This document shows positions 56,640 through 64,000 of a DNA stretch of 64,000 nt, piece after piece. The position numbers and the translations under genes were made by a program. Source of the DNA: a virus (lineage: Duplodnaviria > Heunggongvirae > Uroviricota > Caudoviricetes); IMG/VR virus record IMGVR_UViG_3300038345_000251, positions 160,001 through 224,000 of that record. The stretch is one strand, 5' to 3'. The notes beneath the pieces were generated by a model. The model saw nothing but the letters and a program-made list of their open reading frames with translations. It ran no database searches and had not been told where the DNA came from. Numbering within the stretch: the first letter of the stretch is position 1; the number at the start of each line of letters is the position of its first letter.

Positions 56640-57644
56640 TTATTTTTTTCTTTTGTTTAATCTATTAATTTCCCATTGAGGTGTTTTAACAATATCTTTA
56701 ATAAAGTTTTCTCTGTTTGAAACATTATTTGGAACAAATACTATTTTTTTACATTTTGGTATTTGTGGATATGCTATTGAATATTCATTGTTTTTATATT
56801 TAACATAATCGTCATAATAACAACATTTATAAAGTTTGCCAACATTAAGTATTAAAAAATGTTTTAAAGAAACAATATTATTACAACTTGATTTAATATT
56901 ACAATATTGTTTTGCTTCTATTTTAGTTTTGCATACATGTATTAAATTAAGGTTTTTGTCTAATATTGCAATTTTTTCAGGTTCATTTGATAATATTTTT
57001 TTATCTAATTTTAAATTGTTATTTTCCCAAACATCTTTATAGATAAATCTATATCCGTTACAAACCCTGTTAAAATTTCTTAAAGCAATTAATAAGTTAC
57101 TATATTTTATATTAAACTTTTCACATGCTTCCTTTTTTGTACAAATATGTTCTAAATTTCCTTCACTATTAAAACAACAAATTTTTCGTGTTGCTTCATG
57201 CATAGGACAACCAAGACTTCCTGCTTTTACTTTGTTTAAGAGTTTCCATCCGTTGTTTTTATAAAAATTTATGTAATATGCTTCTTTTGCACCAGCACTA
57301 TAATATTCAACATCTTTTTCTAAAATTTTAGGTTCAAAAAAAGAAATGTTGTGTTCTTTAGTAAAATTAAAAACAGTTCCTTTTCTATGATGGTCAATAT
57401 CTCTTTTTTTAATATCAAAAGTTAAACCGACATAAACTGAGTTATATTTTTTAAATTCATAAGAATATATTGTTCTTAAATAGTCACCACCTTCTTTTGG
57501 CAGATTATCTATCAGTTCATTCCATTTGTTTCTGTGTATGGCTACGTAAACTTGGTAATTGTTAATTCTTAACTCTTTTAGAGTTTTATATTTTTTAACT
57601 ATTTTTTCACAAAATTCATAAGTATAGATTGTTTTTTTCTTCAT
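56640..57644 (-). CDS. GIY-YIG homing endonuclease with NUMOD1/IENR1-like DNA-binding repeats
   Basis: TIYSYEF...VYVGLT...R..DH...KEAYYI...LLNK; two C-terminal repeats (KICCFNSEGNLEH...KEAC and KIAILDKNLNLIH...IEAK). Confidence 0.85.
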   Translation of the reverse strand: MKKKTIYTYEFCEKIVKKYKTLKELRINNYQVYVAIHRNKWNELIDNLPKEGGDYLRTIYSYEFKKYNSVYVGLTFDIKKRDIDHHRKGTVFNFTKEHNISFFEPKILEKDVEYYSAGAKEAYYINFYKNNGWKLLNKVKAGSLGCPMHEATRKICCFNSEGNLEHICTKKEACEKFNIKYSNLLIALRNFNRVCNGYRFIYKDVWENNNLKLDKKILSNEPEKIAILDKNLNLIHVCKTKIEAKQYCNIKSSCNNIVSLKHFLILNVGKLYKCCYYDDYVKYKNNEYSIAYPQIPKCKKIVFVPNNVSNRENFIKDIVKTPQWEINRLNKRKK

Positions 57645-57658
57645 ATTAATATTTTTAA

Positions 57659-57669
57659 TATAAATAGTA
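57659..57669 (-). promoter_or_regulatory. Late-type motif TACTATTTATA before the GIY-YIG gene
   Basis: 14 nt upstream of the ATG at 57644 on the - strand. Confidence 0.65.
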
Positions 57670-57703
57670 TAAAATGGAAAAAAAACAATATATTGGCATT
57701 TTT

Positions 57704-58462
57704 TTATTTTTCAACAATATCAATATATCCACTATGTTCTTTTACTTCACATAAATCAAGGAGTTGTTCAAAAACAAAATCTTTAGATGAAAATTTTGTG
57801 TCTTTTTTAAATATTAAAAATTGACTTGTATAACTTCTTGAATGTTTCTGTCCATTTTTATATCTATTTGAAGAAATAAGTCTAGCTTTTGCTAGTAAAG
57901 TAAATTTATCAATCATTTTAAATCCAATACGTTGAGCAGCCATAAAACTAAACTCTTCAGTGTTGTGTCTAATACCTCCAGATATACAACTTTGACATTT
58001 AAATATACAAATACCGTTTTTTTTCAAAACTCTGAAGCATTCTGATAGCCAATGGTAGTAACTGTAATAAAGATTGTCTACAGGATAATAACCATTAAAT
58101 CTTTTGTATATTAAACAACTTCCTTCTTTTATCTCTTTAGTGGCTGAAGGTGAATTGGCTGGTGATACTACAAACGGTAAATCAACCACAATAGATGAAA
58201 CACTTTCATTTTCAAGTGGTAGTTTTCCCCATTTGTCAATTTGAAAAATATCGTCTCTTTGTGGATAAACATCCATTAAAATTTTAGGTTCAGGAATTTC
58301 ATAATTATCACCCTTTGTTTTTTTATAAAATTTTAATTCTGATGCTGTTATATCACATTCAAAAGGTTCACCATTATTATATAATTGCATTATGTTATAT
58401 AAAATCTCACTTTGGTCAAAAGATATGTTTCTTATAACATTATCATTAGTTATTTCTCTCAT
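57704..58462 (-). CDS. Amino (N6-A/N4-C) DNA methyltransferase
   Basis: Motif I-like CDITASELKFY; motif IV SIVVDLPF; ECFRVLKKNGICIFKCQ. Confidence 0.75.
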   Translation of the reverse strand: MREITNDNVIRNISFDQSEILYNIMQLYNNGEPFECDITASELKFYKKTKGDNYEIPEPKILMDVYPQRDDIFQIDKWGKLPLENESVSSIVVDLPFVVSPANSPSATKEIKEGSCLIYKRFNGYYPVDNLYYSYYHWLSECFRVLKKNGICIFKCQSCISGGIRHNTEEFSFMAAQRIGFKMIDKFTLLAKARLISSNRYKNGQKHSRSYTSQFLIFKKDTKFSSKDFVFEQLLDLCEVKEHSGYIDIVEK

Positions 58463-58659
58463 ACACTAAGTCTGTTAATTCCAATTATGTTTTCTAAGTC
58501 TTCTTCGTTTTTATTTGTTACTTCCCAATAATCTTTATTTACGATAATTTTTGTGCCTGATGGATAGTATCGTAAAAGTATCTCTTGAAGCGTTTTAACC
58601 GCTTTATCTGTCATATCTGTTCTAAGACGCTCTAATGCTTCTAAATCTGAATTTCTCAT
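58459..58659 (-). CDS. Hypothetical protein
   Basis: 66 aa; ATGA overlap with the MTase start; own promoter upstream. Confidence 0.65.
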   Translation of the reverse strand: MRNSDLEALERLRTDMTDKAVKTLQEILLRYYPSGTKIIVNKDYWEVTNKNEEDLENIIGINRLSV

Positions 58660-58674
58660 AACATTATTTTTTTA

Positions 58675-58705
58675 CAAATATATAAAAAAAACTTGAATAA
58701 TCAAA
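58675..58705 (-). promoter_or_regulatory. Bacteroidota sigma-A promoter TTTG-N19-TATATTTG
   Basis: On +, caaatata at 58675-58682 and caaa at 58702-58705: exact consensus on the - strand. Confidence 0.8.
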
Positions 58706-58718
58706 AAGTTATTCAAGT
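58684..58718 (-). terminator. Terminator after the RNA ligase gene
   Basis: acttgaataa-N8-ttattcaagt inverted repeat (58691-58718) followed by a T run on the - strand. Confidence 0.7.
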
Positions 58719-59389
58719 TCTTTCCATTTATCTTCACTAAAACTATTATGAAGTTTGTTAATCCACCATTTAGTTTTAATTTTTACTTTAGGTAAACGTT
58801 GCCCTTTAAGTAAAGTACTTCGTTTAACAACAACACCTTCTTTAACAGTAGGGTATTGACAGTTTTCTTCATTCCAATCATTGTTCTGTATTGAAGAAAT
58901 GAATTCTTGTGTCAATTTGCCACGATAAATGACTTCTGGCACTTCCAAACCTTCTTTGTTATAGAACAACTCATAAAAACTTTTTGGCTCAATATAGCCT
59001 TTCTTTTTGAGAAATACATCAATTAATGCTAAATGTAATTCATCACCTTCTTGATGGAATCCAGCAAATGAATTTTCTCCATACCATTCAAAAAAGAATG
59101 TTATTTCGTCAACACCATTAAATATTTGTTTTTTACCTCTATTGGTTGCAATAATATTTGTAAGAATTTCAGGTATTTTACTATTTTTAAAATATTTAAC
59201 AGTATTTCCAAATTGGTCATCAGTTTCATCAACTTCACGTTTCCTACTACCAAACCCAGTAAACTGTTTATGTTTTGGTATGTATTTAACGCAAAAATTT
59301 TGTCCGTCCAATTTGTTAAATGCCCATACTTCTTCTCCTAATAGTGTACCATCATCTTGGATTCTATTTATACTATCGTAATGTTTCAT
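58709..59389 (-). CDS. RNA ligase (Rnl2-like adenylation domain)
   Basis: Motif I NKLDGQNF, motif III FFEWYG, motif IV EGVVVK, motif V KVKIK. Confidence 0.82.
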   Translation of the reverse strand: MKHYDSINRIQDDGTLLGEEVWAFNKLDGQNFCVKYIPKHKQFTGFGSRKREVDETDDQFGNTVKYFKNSKIPEILTNIIATNRGKKQIFNGVDEITFFFEWYGENSFAGFHQEGDELHLALIDVFLKKKGYIEPKSFYELFYNKEGLEVPEVIYRGKLTQEFISSIQNNDWNEENCQYPTVKEGVVVKRSTLLKGQRLPKVKIKTKWWINKLHNSFSEDKWKELE

Positions 59390-59391
59390 AA

Positions 59392-59571
59392 TTAAAAAAT
59401 AAAATCATCAATTTTAATTTTTTCTTCAAATAAGTTTAACTCTTTTTCTATTGGAAAATCGTCATTTTTATCTAAAAACATTGATATTGAATTATTGTAT
59501 GAGACATAATCACCATATTCTTTGAAAAAATCGGGTGAATTTTCAACTAATGGTGATTCACTTGCGGTCAT
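59392..59571 (-). CDS. Small hypothetical protein
   Basis: Fills the gap between the NTase and the ligase; overlapping start and 2-nt spacing to the next gene. Confidence 0.5.
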   Translation of the reverse strand: MTASESPLVENSPDFFKEYGDYVSYNNSISMFLDKNDDFPIEKELNLFEEKIKIDDFIF

Positions 59572-60922
59572 AAGCAATAGTACGTGCTTCTTTTAACAAG
59601 TTATTTACATATTCATAATCAATTTTTTCAGGAAGATTGGTTGTTTCAACTGCTTTGTCAAACTTAGCCTTAAGTTCTTCGGCTTCTTGCATAATTTCTT
59701 CGTAAGACATCACATGATGACGAATATCAAGAAGGTGTTTTACATCATCACCAACACGTCTTACGTTAAAGCCTTTACCTTCAGCAATTTCAACACCCAT
59801 TTCCATAAGTCTGATGGTATGCATAAGGTTTTTACTGTCATAGTTATGACCTCTGTTATTTTCATAACGAACAGGGTTTCTTTCCTTCTTCCACTTTATC
59901 CAATCCTTATAATCGGTACAATGACTTTGATAAGCATCTTTATTGTAAGTCATAAAACAGATAGGCACTTCACCCTTTGGAATAGAAGAAAGTCTTACGC
60001 TGTTAGATTCACGTTCTTTACCTGTTTCGTCACCGTCTTCAACACCATAGTTGTAAAGAGTAGTAGTACTACCATCTTCGTTAGTAACAGTTACGTTAGG
60101 ATGTACAATACCCTTATAATGGAAAAATTCTTTATTTATAACACGATTATAAGTCTTTACCACATAATCGTAATTCATAAATTTATCATATGCAACTGTA
60201 CGATACCTCATATCAAAGCACCAATTCTGAAATGATTCTTCGGTTAAAAGTACTTTATCTTTTTCATCAGGATTAAGTGTCCAATCGTCTGATTTGTCGA
60301 ATACTTCAAATTTGAAATATGATGCAAAGTCATAATAAACACCAAACGTATCTTTCATATTTGGAATGTTTACAAGACCGCAATATTTCTGGTCAAGATT
60401 GTTATCTGCAAGAAAATCTTTAATTGGCTGACTACCCTGATTCTTGAAAGTATAACAGAAATCAAGAACTTCTCTTCTTTGAAAGTTTTCAGGGATGTTA
60501 ATTTTCTTGTTAAGACCTTTAGCCTTTTTAATCTGGTTAAAAGAATAACCAAGCAAAGGGTCAAGACATTGTTTAGTCAGGAACTTTTCTTTGTTATCAA
60601 GAATGTACTGAACGGCAGGATGTACTTTACCAATAACACAATCTTTAGGAATAAAGAGTGATTCAAGCGCAGTAGGGTTAGATTTCATAAGAAGTTCAAC
60701 CCATCTACCAAGTTCATAATATACAGTATCATGTTTTTCATCATCAACTTGTTCGACATAGTTACCACGTAAACCAAAAAGAGTGTCTTCTGAACAAATA
60801 TATACACCACCAATATCCTGGTCTGAACCTTCGACATTAGTACCATAGGCATGACTACCACGAATATATTCATAAGCAATCATTCCGTGTTCTCTAAGAT
60901 ACTCAATAGTTAATTTTTTCAT
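59558..60922 (-). CDS. Pol-beta-superfamily nucleotidyltransferase (RlaP/YcgL-like)
   Basis: RGSHAYGTN..SDQDIGGVY; YYELGR..LLMKSNPTALE.L; YDSKNLMHTIRL; LLDIR. Confidence 0.85.
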   Translation of the reverse strand: MKKLTIEYLREHGMIAYEYIRGSHAYGTNVEGSDQDIGGVYICSEDTLFGLRGNYVEQVDDEKHDTVYYELGRWVELLMKSNPTALESLFIPKDCVIGKVHPAVQYILDNKEKFLTKQCLDPLLGYSFNQIKKAKGLNKKINIPENFQRREVLDFCYTFKNQGSQPIKDFLADNNLDQKYCGLVNIPNMKDTFGVYYDFASYFKFEVFDKSDDWTLNPDEKDKVLLTEESFQNWCFDMRYRTVAYDKFMNYDYVVKTYNRVINKEFFHYKGIVHPNVTVTNEDGSTTTLYNYGVEDGDETGKERESNSVRLSSIPKGEVPICFMTYNKDAYQSHCTDYKDWIKWKKERNPVRYENNRGHNYDSKNLMHTIRLMEMGVEIAEGKGFNVRRVGDDVKHLLDIRHHVMSYEEIMQEAEELKAKFDKAVETTNLPEKIDYEYVNNLLKEARTIAYDRK

Positions 60923-60934
60923 ATGTTTCTTTTT

Positions 60935-61315
60935 TTAATTTTCGTATAAAAATGGGGTTTCTCTATCAATATATTCACATCCATCTTCATATACTTTATT
61001 AGTATACATAGACATAGAACTATCAGTAAAACACGTCCACTCACCAAAATCTCTGCTATCACGTATACCATCAGCACCAATATGAAATTCCTGTACTTCA
61101 AGATTATATTTTTTACAAAACTGAATTACTTCATCAACAATTTTTTTATGAAGTTCTCCAAATGCTTTATGAAGTTCTGGATTACGGTTTTTCTCAGATT
61201 CAAAGATAAATTCCCAGTATTCACGTGAACCAACCCAATTTTTAGGTTTATTATCGTATTTTGGGAATTGTTCAAGAATCTTCCTATCTTCTTCGTTTAA
61301 ATTAATAAGTGCCAT
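60935..61315 (-). CDS. Hypothetical protein
   Basis: 126-aa ORF in a packed operon. Confidence 0.7.
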   Translation of the reverse strand: MALINLNEEDRKILEQFPKYDNKPKNWVGSREYWEFIFESEKNRNPELHKAFGELHKKIVDEVIQFCKKYNLEVQEFHIGADGIRDSRDFGEWTCFTDSSMSMYTNKVYEDGCEYIDRETPFLYEN

Positions 61316-61317
61316 AA

Positions 61318-61635
61318 TTATTTTTCAAATTCTTTTTCAATAACAAATCTATAAGTATAACAATATTCTTTCATGAATTCACTTCTTACAGTTTTACCAT
61401 AAATAACCTTTCCTGTAGGCCAAAATTTATAAATTTCTTCAGGAACAAATTCAACATCAAAATAAATGCCAAACTCTCTTATTATTTCACTTTTTTCAAT
61501 GTATATCTGAGCATCAGAATATTCATCAACTCTTTTAATAGCATCTTCTTTATTGGTAAATAAATCAACAGAAATGGTTTCACTTCCGTTAAAATTATCT
61601 TCGTGTAATGTAAACACTAAATATGCTTTTTCCAT
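61318..61635 (-). CDS. Hypothetical protein
   Basis: 105-aa ORF directly downstream of a consensus promoter. Confidence 0.7.
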   Translation of the reverse strand: MEKAYLVFTLHEDNFNGSETISVDLFTNKEDAIKRVDEYSDAQIYIEKSEIIREFGIYFDVEFVPEEIYKFWPTGKVIYGKTVRSEFMKEYCYTYRFVIEKEFEK

Positions 61636-61654
61636 GTCTTTTTTAATTACAGCG

Positions 61655-61686
61655 CAAAGATACGTAAAAAATTTTATATATCCAAA
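61655..61686 (-). promoter_or_regulatory. Bacteroidota sigma-A promoter TTTG-N20-TATCTTTG
   Basis: On +, caaagata at 61655-61662 and caaa at 61683-61686: exact consensus on the - strand. Confidence 0.85.
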
Positions 61687-62301
61687 TTAAATTTTAACAA
61701 AATTAAAAAAATTGCTTAATTCAATATATTCTTTATGTTTATATTGATTATCAAATTCCTTTGCTGTTGCCCAATCCATAGATGCTTTTGCTTTTTTAAT
61801 ATAAAAGTCAACAATTTTATCTGGATTTTTTACATTTATAAGATAGCGGTCGTTACCAAATTGTAAATAATAATCAACATTTTTACTTATACTTGTTTCA
61901 ACGACAGGATTTCCCATTTCTGCATAAAATGTCGCAGTAACAAGTTTCTTATTTGATTTTTCTAATAGTGCTTTATACATTGCACATTGAAGCACACATG
62001 CTTCAAAATACCATTGTTCAGGTGTTTCCCTTATTGATTTAACTTCAATTATTTGATTATCACATACAATATCATTTGAAAAGTTAATCCAAATATTATC
62101 TTCATTGTAAGTGCCACGCATTTCTTCGCCAATTACATTTTCAGTATTTAAAGCAATTTGATGTTGGAACGAAACACCTTCATTTACATTAATATTTGGT
62201 TTAGGTCTTAGTTCAGGATGTTCAGTAAACATTTTAATTTGCATACAAGACCTTGAACATAAATCTTTTGCTGAAAATGTTTTAATATTCTCCGAATTCA
62301 T
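61687..62301 (-). CDS. PD-(D/E)xK nuclease, RecB/Cas4-like
   Basis: G..FQH; NDIVCDNQIIEVKS (D...E.K); LQCAMY (QxxxY). Confidence 0.6.
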   Translation of the reverse strand: MNSENIKTFSAKDLCSRSCMQIKMFTEHPELRPKPNINVNEGVSFQHQIALNTENVIGEEMRGTYNEDNIWINFSNDIVCDNQIIEVKSIRETPEQWYFEACVLQCAMYKALLEKSNKKLVTATFYAEMGNPVVETSISKNVDYYLQFGNDRYLINVKNPDKIVDFYIKKAKASMDWATAKEFDNQYKHKEYIELSNFFNFVKI

Positions 62302-63649
62302 CTTTACACTTTTTAAGATATTTCACATAATCAAGACAATCTTCTCTTTTATGCTTACTTGGATTTACACAAACAAAATTAAATGTTTTATTTAAAATTT
62401 CTTTGATTTCTGGTGAAGGTTTAATATCAAATATTTTCATCACATCATTTCCATCAATAGGAAGTTTATAATCATAAAACATTCTATCAATATTATCAAA
62501 GTCTTCAAAAACAGTATAATTCCATTCTGTATCATGAAAAGTATTCTTAACTCTTTTAGAACCAATAATTGTTGTCAACAAGAACGTTTGTTTATTTCCA
62601 CATTGGTTCATGATTTTCCTAATTGCATAATTCTTTTCTTCTATTGCAATACAAATATCTTTACACATTGATTCCAGTTCATATGCTTTTTCAATTAAGA
62701 AAATAACATTGTTAATAACATCATTAGGATATTTTAAAACTTCAGAAAGATAATATTTTATACCTTCCTTATGAACAAAATCATACACATTATACAATAA
62801 GTTTGCAAGAATAGGAGTAATTTCAGGAATATCAAAATAATCTATATAATCTTCATAAAACCTAATTAAACTATTAACAACTTTTACTTTTACTTCTGTT
62901 GTTGCTTTTTCAAAGTTAGGTATAATAAAACGATATGCATTAATATCCCACAATAAACAAATTGCTTTTACAGCCGATTTATTAGAAAAAGTTAACATCT
63001 TGGTAAATTCATCAGTGATTCTTTCTTTACTGATAATTTCAAGTCTGTCAACAAATTTCTTAGCACATTCAAAAGTCTCATTTTCAATGTTAAAATCAAA
63101 TCTTGAAGCAAAACGAATCATTCTCAAAATCCTAAGAGGGTCTTGGTCAAATATAATTTCAGGCTCACCACAAGTACGGATAACTTTGTTTTCAATGTCT
63201 TGTGTACCTCTATCTTCAAAGTCAATAATCTCTTGATTTGTAATGTCGAAGTACATTGCATTGATGGTAAAGTCACGTCTTTCCCAATCTTGTTTAATAG
63301 TACCAAACGAAGTTTCAGGATTTCTGGTTTTTGCATCGTGATAACATTCACTTCTTGTCTGTACTGCTTCAAGTTCAACATCAGGGAATTCTTTAAGATG
63401 GAACATAGCAGTACCAAAGTTTTCGTAAGTCACCACAGAACCTTTAGTAAATCCATTTTCTTCAAGCCATTTAGCAAAGTTAATACCACCTGAAGGTAAG
63501 TCAATCACCAAGTCAATGTCTTTGATTTCCCTGTTCATATAACAATCACGAACACATCCACCAACGGTGAATACGTGATTTTCCCATTCAGTACCAAGTA
63601 TGATATTTCTAATAGCACATACAATATCAAGATATTTTTTATCAGTCAT
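62282..63649 (-). CDS. cca: Class II tRNA nucleotidyltransferase (CCA-adding enzyme)
   Basis: VGGCVRD..DIDL; flexible loop RSECY..TRNP; RRDFTINAM; DPLRILRMIRFA; ISKERITDE; IDGNDVM. Confidence 0.9.
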   Translation of the reverse strand: MTDKKYLDIVCAIRNIILGTEWENHVFTVGGCVRDCYMNREIKDIDLVIDLPSGGINFAKWLEENGFTKGSVVTYENFGTAMFHLKEFPDVELEAVQTRSECYHDAKTRNPETSFGTIKQDWERRDFTINAMYFDITNQEIIDFEDRGTQDIENKVIRTCGEPEIIFDQDPLRILRMIRFASRFDFNIENETFECAKKFVDRLEIISKERITDEFTKMLTFSNKSAVKAICLLWDINAYRFIIPNFEKATTEVKVKVVNSLIRFYEDYIDYFDIPEITPILANLLYNVYDFVHKEGIKYYLSEVLKYPNDVINNVIFLIEKAYELESMCKDICIAIEEKNYAIRKIMNQCGNKQTFLLTTIIGSKRVKNTFHDTEWNYTVFEDFDNIDRMFYDYKLPIDGNDVMKIFDIKPSPEIKEILNKTFNFVCVNPSKHKREDCLDYVKYLKKCKDEFGEY

Positions 63650-63650
63650 A

Positions 63651-63962
63651 TTAATTGTTTTTGTTTTTAATTATTGTTAACGGCCTAAATACATCAAGTT
63701 TACCTGAAATATAAAAATCTTCAGGAAGTTTATACCAATTGGTAATGTTATTACTTTCTACAGGTTTTGCATCAGGTGCTGTAGCAACTGTAATATGTGA
63801 ATATTTATTCTGTGTAACATAGTCTGCAACACCTAAAGCAATTGCTCTATCAGACACACCGATACTGTCAATTCTAAGAGATTGGGAATTACCAAGAAAA
63901 TTGTCTAACCATTCAGCCAATTCTTGTTTTTCTTGGCTTTTGTCATTAAAAACAATCGTCAT
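63651..63962 (-). CDS. Hypothetical protein
   Basis: 103-aa ORF ending 1 nt before the cca start. Confidence 0.65.
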   Translation of the reverse strand: MTIVFNDKSQEKQELAEWLDNFLGNSQSLRIDSIGVSDRAIALGVADYVTQNKYSHITVATAPDAKPVESNNITNWYKLPEDFYISGKLDVFRPLTIIKNKNN

Positions 63963-64000
63963 ATGATGGCAAAAGATTTTCCAATTATCTGGAATCGCTT

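Larger units (their letters stand above)
56637..57961 (-). mobile_element. Putative intronless homing element: replacement MTase 3' end + late promoter + GIY-YIG gene
   Basis: Bounded by two homologous copies of the MTase C-terminal coding region (56382-56630 and 57704-57961). Confidence 0.65.

Noticed and set aside
56637-57703. GIY-YIG gene as part of a group I intron in the methyltransferase
   Set aside because: Only 59 nt and 3 nt of non-coding flank, no intron core helices, and the upstream MTase is already complete with its own stop.
59687-60235. 182-aa + strand ORF (and similar ones at 4214..4633, 43731..44066, 47671..48006, 63143..63493)
   Set aside because: Antisense shadows of well-supported genes, with no motifs or expression signals of their own.
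1-64000. tRNA or rRNA genes
   Set aside because: Intergenic spaces are short and AT-rich and no cloverleaf with a GTTCRA T-loop was found by eye; tRNAscan-SE would be needed to exclude them formally.

Overview
This AT-rich 64-kb window looks like part of a large contractile-tailed (myovirus-like, probably jumbo) dsDNA phage of an anaerobic Bacteroidota host. Evidence: exact Bacteroidota sigma-A promoters (TTTG-N19/20-TAnnTTTG), A-rich SD-less starts, BACON domains and class III RNR. It uses the standard genetic code. Left to right: replication/nucleotide genes (5'-3' exonuclease C-terminus, DnaB-like helicase with an Ala-starting class 3 intein, NrdD/NrdG); a glycosyltransferase/pyruvyltransferase cluster; a zinc-ribbon/PD-(D/E)xK homing-type endonuclease behind a structured 5' RNA; a ~30-kb baseplate/fibre operon (gp25-like, gp6/J-like, gp7/I-like, very large BACON-array proteins); accessory and possible lysis genes; and a minus-strand block with a DNA methyltransferase, GIY-YIG endonuclease, RNA ligase, RlaP-type nucleotidyltransferase, RecB/Cas4-like nuclease and CCA-adding enzyme. 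Most notable observations: (1) a GIY-YIG element that seems to have invaded the methyltransferase by bringing a replacement 3' end, leaving the displaced C-terminus downstream as its own ORF; (2) a kissing-loop/GNRA multi-helix RNA upstream of the other endonuclease; (3) a possible virion glycosylation system (late glycosyltransferases plus dense [ST][GA]xT motifs in structural proteins); (4) a BACON domain split across two adjacent genes; (5) a recurrent (A/T)ACTATTTAT late-promoter-like motif. All assignments come from motif recognition by eye; no searches were run.
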